From assembly GCA_035570415.1 (NCBI GenBank), contig DATMLP010000009.1, positions 10,644-74,643 on the forward strand: 64,000 bases of DNA, in the 5' to 3' direction. Under the pieces are notes generated by a model. The model saw only the letters and a list, made by a program, of their open reading frames with translations. It was not told where the DNA came from and did not search any database. Every line of letters begins with the position of its first letter. Positions within the stretch are counted from its first letter, which is position 1. The DNA comes from Solirubrobacteraceae bacterium. Lineage in GTDB: Bacteria > Actinomycetota > Thermoleophilia > Solirubrobacterales > Solirubrobacteraceae. The translations under genes and the position numbers were made by a program. Below, in pieces: positions 41,729-50,417 of this stretch.

Positions 41729-43357
41729 TCACTGCTGTCCCCCTCCCGAGCCGGACCCGGCGCCGGCGGCGGCCTGGCGGATCACCGGTTCCCACCAGGG
41801 GTCGTCGGCGGGGTTGCAGATGAATTTGTCGACCAGGCTGGTGACCGCTTCCTGCTGGGGCGTGCCCTGCCCGCCCGGGCCGGCGGCGGGCTGTTCGGAT
41901 TGCGGCGCCTGTCCTTCGGCCGGCGTGGCCGGCGCCGCGGGAGCGGCTTCTTTGGATTCCTTGGGCATGGTTGACCACACTTCTTTGATCTTCGTACCGA
42001 TTTCCTTGTCGGCGAACACGGCGAGCGCACGGGAGACGGCGAACAGCGGGTTGTCGGGGGAGTCCTTGGCGATTTCGGAGTGGGTCGGCCCGGAGAGTTC
42101 TTTGCTCTGCGCCTGGGTCCCCGATTGGGTGGTGGCGGCGTCGGTGATGGGGCCGGTGAGGCTCGCGAGCGAGGGGACGGTGAAGCCGAACGCCTTCATC
42201 ACGACGTCCTCGCCGAACAGACTGCAGGCAAGGTCGACAAGCTGCATGAGATCGTTCACCGCGGCGGTGGCGAGCTTGGCGGCAAAGCCGGCGCCGGAGA
42301 GCGCTTCTTTGGCCTTCGCCAGCGTGGTGCCGTTGGCGCGCAGCGAACCCTTGATGAAGGTGCGGCGCAGTTCGCCGCTCGTCAGCTCGGTCTCCAGCGC
42401 CTCCACCATGCTCACGAAGTTGTTGGCGCCGGGCGCGTAGGTGCCGGTCTGGATCTGCATCCGCCCGCCGGGGGCCGGTTCGCTGGTTTCGACGCCCGGC
42501 GGGGGCCCGCTCCCGTCCTGCGTCGGCGTGAGCGACCCAGGGGTGTGGCCGAGCGTGGTCTTTTGCAGCTGGTCCAGCAGCGGCTTGATCGAGGGGTCGT
42601 CTTTGAGCGTGACGATGCAGACCTCGGTGAAGTTGGAGTGGGAGAAGTAGTCCTCGACCGCGTGCAGGCCGTTGCCGAGCGCCTGCATCCCTTCCGGCGT
42701 TTCGCCCTTTTCGACAGCCTGCCCGAGCATTTCCCGGGCGTGCATCTTGCCCTGCTCGATGTAGGGGGGCAGGCCGCTCTTGGCCGACGCCGCGAGAATT
42801 TCCAGGCCGGCGGCGCGCTGGCGTTCATAGGCCGCCTGCTGCTCGGGCGAGAGCTTGGCGAGCGCTTCTTCGGTTCCCCCGATGGCGCCCGGCGCGGGAT
42901 CGAGCTTCGGATCCTCGGCGGTGCCGCCGCCTTCGGGGTTGTCGAGGTGCTCGGAGGGCGCGTAGCCGCCGAGATCGGCGTCGGTGAGTTCGCGCCCGAA
43001 CTCACCGAGGGCGAGAATGTTCAGCAGCAGCATCAGCGCGGGTGGGCGCTTCCCAGCTTCCCCCATCTGCGAGAAGTCCCGCAGCCAGTTGCCGAAGTAG
43101 GTCGATTTCACCTGTTCGGGGGTGAACCCGGCTTCGCCGAGCCCCTGCTGCTCGATCCCGCCGTGCCCCGCCTCGCCCTGCTGGTAGCGGGCGAGCGCGG
43201 AGCGCCGGGGAGGCGCGGCATGCGAGCGCAGATGGCGAGCGAACGCCCGGTTTCCCACATGGCTGGGCAGTCCGATCGCGGGCATCTTGGTCACCGCCGG
43301 CGCGGGGGCGACCTCGCGGGCGGGGCTCTCGGTCTCGATCGTCTGGCTCTCTCTCAC
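41729..43357 (-). CDS. HET-C-like domain protein (phospholipase C / P1 nuclease-fold, tentative) with N-terminal GNxA motif; candidate CIS effector
   Basis: 542 aa. GTG start overlaps the ATPase stop (GTGA). N-terminal LPSHVGNRAFARHLRS. Motifs STYFGNWLRDFSQ and GNGLHAVEDYFSHSNFTE match my memory of the Het-C domain. Confidence 0.55.
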   Translation of the reverse strand: MRESQTIETESPAREVAPAPAVTKMPAIGLPSHVGNRAFARHLRSHAAPPRRSALARYQQGEAGHGGIEQQGLGEAGFTPEQVKSTYFGNWLRDFSQMGEAGKRPPALMLLLNILALGEFGRELTDADLGGYAPSEHLDNPEGGGTAEDPKLDPAPGAIGGTEEALAKLSPEQQAAYERQRAAGLEILAASAKSGLPPYIEQGKMHAREMLGQAVEKGETPEGMQALGNGLHAVEDYFSHSNFTEVCIVTLKDDPSIKPLLDQLQKTTLGHTPGSLTPTQDGSGPPPGVETSEPAPGGRMQIQTGTYAPGANNFVSMVEALETELTSGELRRTFIKGSLRANGTTLAKAKEALSGAGFAAKLATAAVNDLMQLVDLACSLFGEDVVMKAFGFTVPSLASLTGPITDAATTQSGTQAQSKELSGPTHSEIAKDSPDNPLFAVSRALAVFADKEIGTKIKEVWSTMPKESKEAAPAAPATPAEGQAPQSEQPAAGPGGQGTPQQEAVTSLVDKFICNPADDPWWEPVIRQAAAGAGSGSGGGQQ

Positions 43358-45333
43358 GACACACCCTCGCGCACCTGGATGGCGGCATGGAAGCGCTCGA
43401 AGTCGCTCTCCAGCGTGAGCCGCCCGAGCTTGCCGTACTCGACCGCGACGGCGCGCACGAGGTGCTCCATCGTGATCGTGCCGCCATCGTCGGCGGCGAG
43501 GAAAGCGGCGGCGAGCGAGCAGTTGCGGATGCCCCCGCCGGAGAGCTTGAACTGGTTGGCGAGGAACTCGAGGTCGAGATCCTCCGCGAGCGGTGCGGTG
43601 GCGGGCAGCAAGAGGCGCCAGATGCGCACGCGGTCCTCGGGCTCGGGGAACGGGAAGTCGATCACGAAGTCCAGGCGACGCAGAAAGGCGTCGTCGATGT
43701 TGCGGCGGAAGTTGGTGGCTAGCACCACGGCGCCGGGGTAGGACTCCATCTTCTGCAGCAGGTAGGCGACCTCGATGTTGGCGTAACGGTCATGCGCGTC
43801 GGAGACCTCCGAGCGCTTGCCGAACAGCGCGTCGGCCTCGTCGAAGAAGAGGATCGCGTTGGAGCCCTCGGCGGCGGTGAAGATGCGGTCGAGGTTCTTC
43901 TCGGTCTCACCGATGTACTTGGATACGACGGTGGCCAGATCGAGGCGGAACAGCTCCAGGCCGAGCCCGTGCGCGAGCACCTGCGCGGCCATCGTCTTGC
44001 CGGTGCCCGACTCCCCGGCGAACAGCACCTTCAGCCCCTGTGTGCGCGCCACGGCGCGCTCGTAGCCCCACTCGGAGAGCACCAGGTCGCGGTGGCGCAG
44101 GTAGGCGGAGATCGAGCGCAGCAGCTCCAGCTGCCGTGGCGGCAGCACGAGGTCATCCCAGGTGAAGCCGGGCGGCAGCCGCGTGGCCAGTTCGCCGAGG
44201 CGGGTGCTGGAGGCCTGGCGGGCGCCGGCGTGCAGGTCCTCGCTCTCGATTCGCGCGGCCGCGCGGGCGGTGGCGTTCAGCCGCGCGACCTCGCAGGCGG
44301 TGGCGATCTGAGCCGCGCTGAGGCGGAACTTGGCGGCAACCTCATGCACCTCGTGCGCACTTCCGAAGGCCCGCCAGAGCGCGATGCGCTCGGCGAAGCC
44401 GGGCATCGCCGTCTCCACCACCATCACCGTCTGCTCGTCGAGGTGCAGCGCCGCATCGCGCGTGGGAGCGCAGATCAGGGGACGCTCGCCCCACGCATCC
44501 AGCGCACGGGCGACGCGCGCGCAGTCGGCTGGGCCGAGCTGCTCCAGGCGATCCAAGCACAGCCGCCGCCCCTCCAGGCGGGCGGCAAGCGTGGCGTCGG
44601 CGATCGCCTCCGGGGCGGCGAGCGCCTCGACGTCGAGCAACAGCAGCCCCCGCTCCAGCGCGGCGGCCAAGAGCAGCGGCGCGTCGGGCCCGGCGACCAG
44701 CAACGCCAGGCGGCTGTCGGCGGCGAGCAGGCTGCGCAGCTCCTCGATCGCGACGGCGTGGGAGCCGGCGGCGACCGCCGCCGCGACTGCCCCATCGAGG
44801 TCGACGCGCCGCACGCGCCCATCGCTGGCTGGCATGTCCAGACGCGCCCCGAGCAGCTGCGCGGCGAGCCGGTCGGGCACCTTCACCAGGCGGTCGGCCA
44901 GCGGCCCCGGGGCATCCCCGTCGAGCAGCCGGATCGCGCCGGCGCGACGCAGCGGAGCGTCGTGGGCGAAGCACGCGAGGATCTCATCGCGGGGCCGGCG
45001 CTCGTCGGCCAGCAGCCGCGCCACCAGTCGCGGGGAGGCGAGCTTGCGGGTGACGTCGTCGTGCAGGTAGGCAAGCAGCCGCCCATAGCGCGGGCTGAGC
45101 TCGGGGGCGGCGCATAGCGCGAGCACCTCGCGGTCGAGCTCGCCGAGCGCGAGCGCCTGCGCGGCGGTCCCGATGCGCGCGTCGAGGTCCTCGATCGGCG
45201 TGGCGTGGGCGAGCGAGCGAGCGAGATCGTCGGAGATGTAGAGGCCGCGGAACGGGTCGGCGGGGTTGGGGTCGGTAGCGGCGATCGCGTCGACCGCCGT
45301 GCGGATGCGGGCGTCGATCTCATCGAAGCGCAT
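43354..45333 (-). CDS. CIS-associated AAA+ ATPase (Afp15-like)
   Basis: 659 aa. Walker A GESGTGKTMAA, Walker B ILFFDEADALFGKR, and YIGETEKNL typical of classic AAA. A long N-terminal non-ATPase region, as in eCIS ATPases. Confidence 0.85.
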   Translation of the reverse strand: MRFDEIDARIRTAVDAIAATDPNPADPFRGLYISDDLARSLAHATPIEDLDARIGTAAQALALGELDREVLALCAAPELSPRYGRLLAYLHDDVTRKLASPRLVARLLADERRPRDEILACFAHDAPLRRAGAIRLLDGDAPGPLADRLVKVPDRLAAQLLGARLDMPASDGRVRRVDLDGAVAAAVAAGSHAVAIEELRSLLAADSRLALLVAGPDAPLLLAAALERGLLLLDVEALAAPEAIADATLAARLEGRRLCLDRLEQLGPADCARVARALDAWGERPLICAPTRDAALHLDEQTVMVVETAMPGFAERIALWRAFGSAHEVHEVAAKFRLSAAQIATACEVARLNATARAAARIESEDLHAGARQASSTRLGELATRLPPGFTWDDLVLPPRQLELLRSISAYLRHRDLVLSEWGYERAVARTQGLKVLFAGESGTGKTMAAQVLAHGLGLELFRLDLATVVSKYIGETEKNLDRIFTAAEGSNAILFFDEADALFGKRSEVSDAHDRYANIEVAYLLQKMESYPGAVVLATNFRRNIDDAFLRRLDFVIDFPFPEPEDRVRIWRLLLPATAPLAEDLDLEFLANQFKLSGGGIRNCSLAAAFLAADDGGTITMEHLVRAVAVEYGKLGRLTLESDFERFHAAIQVREGVS

Positions 45334-45345
45334 CTGCGCCCCTCG

Positions 45346-45915
45346 TCAGCCCGTCAGCTCGTCGGCGACGGTCTCGGCCTCGGTCTCCTGCGCGTCGCCA
45401 GGCTCGGAGACGGTGAGCGGCCCGCTGGTGGGGGCGCCGCGCTGCTGCACCACGTGGGTGAGCTCGTGCGCGAGCAGCCGGTCGCCCTCGCCGCTGCCGG
45501 GGCGGTACTCGCCAGTGGCGAAGAACACGTCGCTGCCAGTGGTGAAGGCGCGCGCGGAGACCGAGCGGGCGAGCGCGTCGGCGCCAGCGTCGGTGTGCAC
45601 CCGCACGTCGGCCAGCGGATCGCCGAGCTGCCCGGCGAAGCGCTCGCGCGAGCGCCCGTCGAGCGCACCGCCGCCGCCGCGCCTGCGGGCGATCGTGGCC
45701 TGCACCTCCGGGTGGACGGTGCCGTCAGTCAGGATGCCCGTGCCCTCACGGGAGATCAGCCCGCCGAACGCCCGGTTGCCGACCTCGGAGGCCAGGCGCT
45801 CGCGAGGATCGGGCTCGGGAGCCTCGCGCTGAGACTCCGGCGCGGCCGGCGCGAAGATGCTCTCGGCTTCGCCTTCGCGCTCGACATCCCCCTGGCGATG
45901 GTCGCTCACCGCCAA
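45346..45915 (-). CDS. DUF4157 (zincin HExxH) domain protein, eCIS-associated type
   Basis: 189 aa. LDGRSRERFAGQLGDPLADVRVHTDAGADALARSVSARAFTTGSDVFFATGEY...LLAHELTHVVQQ is the DUF4157 pattern. N-terminal RLASEVGNRAFGGLIS motif. Confidence 0.85.
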   Translation of the reverse strand: MAVSDHRQGDVEREGEAESIFAPAAPESQREAPEPDPRERLASEVGNRAFGGLISREGTGILTDGTVHPEVQATIARRRGGGGALDGRSRERFAGQLGDPLADVRVHTDAGADALARSVSARAFTTGSDVFFATGEYRPGSGEGDRLLAHELTHVVQQRGAPTSGPLTVSEPGDAQETEAETVADELTG

Positions 45916-45966
45916 AGCATAGGCTAGCGGCGCTCAGCGGTCACGAGCGGACTTCTGGAGGACGGC

Positions 45967-47907
45967 TCAGCAGCCCTTCCCCGGGTGGGTCGAGCCCGGC
46001 GCCAGGCAGGCGATGGTGACGCTCGGCGAGCGGCCCGAGCGCGTGGTGAACTCGAACGAGCGCCCGACCCAGCCCTTCTTCAGCACCTCCACCGTGATCC
46101 GGGCGCCGACCTGCAGGTGGCGACCCTTGAAGAGACCGGCGAGACCGAAGTTCGGCCCCTGGGGCGGCGAGTGGTGCGGCTTGGTGGAGCACTTCTTGTG
46201 CCTGCGGCAATGCTTGCTGGCGTGAGAGTGTTTGACGCTCCCCACGGTCGGCGAGCGGTTGTGGGCGAACGGGCAGCCCTTCCCCTTGCAGGCGACTTCG
46301 ACATACCCTCCCTTGGGCACGCCGTGCACGGTCAGCGACTCGACCAGCGTGTACTTGCGCGTCCAGCCGAACGTCCACGTCATCGTCGCTTCCACCCCCG
46401 GGCGGGAGGGTGCGGGCGCCGGCGAAGGGACGGAGGGCGGCGGGGTGCTGCTCGCCGCCGGCGCCGCGCTGACGGCCACGCCGGTGCTGGTGGCCGACAC
46501 GGTGACGTTCAGCAGCGGGTAGGTGGCTGTCACACTGCAACTCAACTGGTGGCCGATCTCTTCGGCGGTGGGCACGTAGGCCTGGCTGGTGGCGCCGGCG
46601 ATCGCGCGGCCGTCGAGCAGCCACCGGTAGCCGTCGAAACCGAACATGCTCGTTGAGGGCGGCAACGACGCCCACGATGACCAGCTCGCTCCCGCGCACT
46701 GCAGCTGGCTCCCTACCTGCCCTGCACCCGTGACCGCGGGCGCCGTCTGCGAGGCGGGCGCCACGTCCAGGCCGATCCGGCCGACCGCCGGCGTGGTGCC
46801 GGAGTCGGTGAACCACATGTTGCCGTCTGGGCCCGGCGCGATCGCCTCGGGGCTGCTGCTCGCATGCAGTCCGGCGCTGTATTCCTTGATCGTGACCACT
46901 CCGTTGGGGTCGACCATGCCGACAACCGGGGGAAGACTCGGTTCGGCGCCAATACCAGTGAACCAGAGGTTGCCGTCAGGTCCCGCAGCGATGTCGTTCG
47001 GCGTGCTGCTTGGCGTGATGAAGGTCGTGAACGTGCCGCCCGGCGTGAGCCTCACCACCTCGTTGATGAATTCCTCGCCTTCGTTCTCGCCCGTGCCGGT
47101 AAACCAGAGGTTGCCTTCCGGGCCCCTCGTGATGTCTTCCGGGCGCAGATACACCTGGGGAATCCCGAGCTCCTTGATTTCGCCGCTCGGCGTAACCCGT
47201 CCGATCGCGTTGACTTCACCAGCGTCGGTGAACCACATATCGCCTTCGGGGCCTTCGGCGATCGCCTTCGGCACGCTGCCGGAGTTGAAGCCGGCGGTGA
47301 ACAGTGTGATTTCGCCGCCGGGCGTGATCCTGCCGATCGCGGGTGTTTTGCCCTCCTCGGTGAACCAGAGGTCGCCGTGGGGGCCGAGCGCCAGGCCGGC
47401 GGGGGCGCCGGAGCCGATCCCGGAGCGAAATTCGGTGATTTCGCCGTTCTGGGTAATGCGCCCGATCGCCGGGCTTGGGCCGCCGCTGATGAACCACATG
47501 TCGCCTTCCGCGCCCGCCACGATGTTGATCGGCTGATTGGTTGTGCCCGTGGCGTATTCGCTGAGCACCTGCCCGCCCGGGGAGAGCTTCACGATCTCGC
47601 CGCTGGAGCCCGTCTCGGTGAACCAGAGGTTGCCGTCGGGGCCCGCAGCGATGTCTTCCACGAACACTCCCGGCGAGCGGTCGATCTCTTCGATCTTGCC
47701 GAGCGGCGTTGCGAGCGCGGGCACAGCGCACAGCGCCAGCGCCGCGGCGACCCCGGCGAGGGTCGATGCGAACGCTCCACACCGGGTGAGCGATCCAGGC
47801 CGGACCAACGCTCCATGCCGGGCGAGCACTCCACGCCCAGGCGGGCCGGCGGCGCGGCGGCTCATCGCTCTTGCGGGTGGAAGACCACGCGCGGATGCTA
47901 GCGCCAC
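45967..47907 (-). CDS. Secreted beta-propeller protein with streptogramin-lyase (Vgb)-like repeats, an Ig-like unit and a Cys/His-rich C-terminal module
   Basis: About ten GP(D/E)GN(L/M)WFT(E/D) repeats. An Ig-like unit (VTGAGQVGSQLQCAGASW...YRWLLDGRAIAGATSQAY). C-terminal TMTWTFGWTRKYT...CKGKGCPFAH...CRRHKKC...CLAPGSTHPGKGC. The N-terminal signal-like region is preceded by an Arg-rich stretch, so the start may be internal. Confidence 0.75.
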   Translation of the reverse strand: MALASARGLPPARAMSRRAAGPPGRGVLARHGALVRPGSLTRCGAFASTLAGVAAALALCAVPALATPLGKIEEIDRSPGVFVEDIAAGPDGNLWFTETGSSGEIVKLSPGGQVLSEYATGTTNQPINIVAGAEGDMWFISGGPSPAIGRITQNGEITEFRSGIGSGAPAGLALGPHGDLWFTEEGKTPAIGRITPGGEITLFTAGFNSGSVPKAIAEGPEGDMWFTDAGEVNAIGRVTPSGEIKELGIPQVYLRPEDITRGPEGNLWFTGTGENEGEEFINEVVRLTPGGTFTTFITPSSTPNDIAAGPDGNLWFTGIGAEPSLPPVVGMVDPNGVVTIKEYSAGLHASSSPEAIAPGPDGNMWFTDSGTTPAVGRIGLDVAPASQTAPAVTGAGQVGSQLQCAGASWSSWASLPPSTSMFGFDGYRWLLDGRAIAGATSQAYVPTAEEIGHQLSCSVTATYPLLNVTVSATSTGVAVSAAPAASSTPPPSVPSPAPAPSRPGVEATMTWTFGWTRKYTLVESLTVHGVPKGGYVEVACKGKGCPFAHNRSPTVGSVKHSHASKHCRRHKKCSTKPHHSPPQGPNFGLAGLFKGRHLQVGARITVEVLKKGWVGRSFEFTTRSGRSPSVTIACLAPGSTHPGKGC

Positions 47908-47910
47908 CGC

Positions 47911-48408
47911 CTACGCGCCGCCGCTGCCGCTGTGGACCTGTTCGGTTTCGTGTTTGGGTTGGCTTCCCGAGCTTTTTTCGACGGGCGGCGGCGCTTTTTC
48001 CACGGGATGCGCCTGTTCGACGGGAGCTTTTTCCACCGGCGGCGCCTGGCTCGTGGCGGTGCTCGTGACCGGCGGCACAGACGTCGAGCTGGTTGTTTCG
48101 CTCGAGGACGGGTGGCCGGCGGCGTGGCCTGCCAGGGCGTGCGCCGGCTTCGGCGAGGAGGTGCGCAGCGCCGGAAGGACCGCGGCCGCATACGCTGGCA
48201 CCGAGGCGACGTGCGCATGTGCGACGGTGATCGCCGGCGCGAGCGTCGAGGAGACGCTGTGTGAGTTGCTCTTCGTCGCGGACCCGAGCGCGAAGCCGAC
48301 ACCCACGCCGACCAGCACGGCCACCGCAAGCCCGATCACAAGCGCCCGTCCGCCGGCGGCGTCGCCTCCGGCGCGCTGCGGTCGATCGATATGGGCGCTC
48401 GCGCTCAT
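47911..48408 (-). CDS. Membrane-anchored Pro/Ser/Thr-rich hypothetical protein
   Basis: 165 aa. One TM helix (ALVIGLAVAVLVGVGVGFALG), then a low-complexity tail with PPVEKAPVEQAHPVEKAPPPVEK repeats. Good GC3 codon pattern. It fits between the two propeller genes with gaps of 3 and 6 nt. Confidence 0.5.
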   Translation of the reverse strand: MSASAHIDRPQRAGGDAAGGRALVIGLAVAVLVGVGVGFALGSATKSNSHSVSSTLAPAITVAHAHVASVPAYAAAVLPALRTSSPKPAHALAGHAAGHPSSSETTSSTSVPPVTSTATSQAPPVEKAPVEQAHPVEKAPPPVEKSSGSQPKHETEQVHSGSGGA

Positions 48409-48414
48409 TCCTCC

Positions 48415-50247
48415 TCAGCAACCCTTCCCTGGCTGATGGGAGCCGGGGGCTAGACATGATACCCGCACGCTCGGGGTCTTATCGGAGCGCGTGGTGAACA
48501 CGAACGACTTCCCCACCCAGCCCGTTTTGACGATGCTGACGGAGATCGTGTCCCCCGTGCGCAGATGGCTGTGCTTGAAGAGCGGCGTGAGGTTGACTTC
48601 GGGCCCCTGAGGTCGGGGCTTGGCAGCCTTGCACTTCTTGTGGGGGCGGCACGTCTTGTGAGACCGGTGGCGAGCCACCGTCGCGGAGCGGTAATGCCCA
48701 AGCGGGCACCCGTGCCCCTCACAGACGACTTCCACACGCCCCCCCTTGGGCACTGCGTGCACGATCAGCGACTGCACGACCGTGTACTTGCGCGTCCAGC
48801 CGAACGTCCAGGTCATCGACGCTTCGACACGCGACAGCGGCGGGGGTGGCGGGGGCGGGGTCGCCACGACCGCCGACGGGTTGGAGACTTCCGAGGCGAA
48901 GCCGGCAACGTTCGTGGCGGTGACGACGACGCGCAGCGTGTGGCCCACGTCGCCCGCTCCCAGAGGGTGGGCGACGCCCGTTTCGCCGCTGAGATTGGAG
49001 CAGCTGCCGCCCGCGGCGTCGCAGGATTGCCACTGGTAGGCGAAAGTCCCGGGGCTGTTCGTCCACGAGCCCGGCGAGGCGGTCAGCACCTGGCCCTCGG
49101 TCGGCGTGCCGGAGATTGTCGGGGGTGCGATAACCGCCGGAAGATAGGGAGTCGTGAGCCGCCCGATGTGGTAGAAGGGCCCCGGGGTCGGGCTCACTTC
49201 CGTGGCACGGCCATCCATGAACCAGATGTTGCCATCCGAGCCCCGGGCGATCGCCGTCGGTTCGCTCTCGGGGGTCGATATCGGGAACGACTTCACTTCT
49301 TTCCCAGACGGGCCGATGCGGCCAATCGCATCGATTGTCGCCTGGCCGAACCACATGTTGCCATCCGGACCTTCGACGATCCCGTCGGGGGAGTAGTTGG
49401 TGCTCGTCGCCGGGAACTCTTTGATTTCGCCATTTGAGGCGATCTCTCCGATCTGGCTGGCGCCAGACTCGACAAACCACATGTTGCCGTTCGGCCCCGG
49501 GGCGATTGCGGTGGGGTAGCTGTTCTTGGTTGGGATCAAAAAGTGTTCGTATTTTTCCGTCGAGGCGTTGATCCGACCGATGTAGGCTTCGTTTTCGTCT
49601 CGTTCGGTAAACCACATGTAGCCGCCGGGCCCCTGGGCGATCCCACCGATATCGGGGAAGAACCCATGCGCGCCGAGAGCGGCGACGAGATGGAGTTCGC
49701 CATTTGGCTTGATCCGCCAGATCTTGTCTTCACTACCGAACTGGGCGGTGGCGAACCACATGTTGCCTTCAGGGCCCGCCGCGATCGCGCCAAGCTGATT
49801 TTCTTTGGCGCCGTCGGGAAACTCCTTGATCTGCGGTTCGCCTTTCCCCAAGGTGACCTGCCCGATGAGTTGTTCCTCGTTGCTGTTGTCACCGAGGTCG
49901 GTGAACCACAGCGTGTCGTTAGGACCAGGGGCCATCTGATAGGGGTCGCTGTGTTCGGGATGTTCTGTGCTGCCGGGCGCCGTCGGGACGGCGTATTCGT
50001 GGATCTGGCCATCCAGGTTGACCAGGCCGACCTTGCCGACCTCCGTTCCGCCGGAGTCGGTGTCAACCGTGAACCAGATGTTGCCGTCGGGACCCTCCAC
50101 AAACCCGGAGTTGGGGAACTCTTCCGTGCTGGGGAACGGGAATTCTTCGACCCCTCCGGGTGGCGCGAGCGCCGCCGAGGGCGCGGCGAACACGAAGCCG
50201 CCGACCAGCATCAGGGCGCCGATCAGTGCCGTCAGGCTTTGTTTCAT
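48415..50247 (-). CDS. Secreted Vgb-like beta-propeller protein, tandem paralogue of 45967..47907
   Basis: Same repeat type (GPDGNIWFT, GPEGNMWFA, GPGGYMWFTE, GPNGNMWFVE, GPDGNMWFGQ, GSDGNIWFMD). Ig-like unit (GSWTNSPGTFAYQWQSCDAAGGSC). Same C-terminal module ending CLAPGSHQPGKGC. I use the ATG at 50247 (MKQSLTALIGALMLVGGFVFAAPSAALA signal peptide) rather than the track start at 50364. Confidence 0.8.
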   Translation of the reverse strand: MKQSLTALIGALMLVGGFVFAAPSAALAPPGGVEEFPFPSTEEFPNSGFVEGPDGNIWFTVDTDSGGTEVGKVGLVNLDGQIHEYAVPTAPGSTEHPEHSDPYQMAPGPNDTLWFTDLGDNSNEEQLIGQVTLGKGEPQIKEFPDGAKENQLGAIAAGPEGNMWFATAQFGSEDKIWRIKPNGELHLVAALGAHGFFPDIGGIAQGPGGYMWFTERDENEAYIGRINASTEKYEHFLIPTKNSYPTAIAPGPNGNMWFVESGASQIGEIASNGEIKEFPATSTNYSPDGIVEGPDGNMWFGQATIDAIGRIGPSGKEVKSFPISTPESEPTAIARGSDGNIWFMDGRATEVSPTPGPFYHIGRLTTPYLPAVIAPPTISGTPTEGQVLTASPGSWTNSPGTFAYQWQSCDAAGGSCSNLSGETGVAHPLGAGDVGHTLRVVVTATNVAGFASEVSNPSAVVATPPPPPPPLSRVEASMTWTFGWTRKYTVVQSLIVHAVPKGGRVEVVCEGHGCPLGHYRSATVARHRSHKTCRPHKKCKAAKPRPQGPEVNLTPLFKHSHLRTGDTISVSIVKTGWVGKSFVFTTRSDKTPSVRVSCLAPGSHQPGKGC

Positions 50248-50417
50248 CGGGTGGGCCAACTGGTCGTCTCCCGGGTAGGATGGCTGTCGGGCGGCCCCAA
50301 AGATACCATTGAGCGAGACTTCCGATCGCTCGCCGGCGACCTGCACCAGGGGAACCGGCGGCATCGCCTGCCCGCCTGGCGCTCAACCCCGCGTCCGACC
50401 CGCCGATCACCAGGCCG

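Noticed and set aside
47216-48457. 413-aa (-) and 299-aa (+) ORFs spanning the gap between the Vgb-like genes
   Set aside because: Arg-rich or Ala/Ser-rich shadows. The 165-aa frame with a TM helix (47911..48408) fits the intergenic space exactly.
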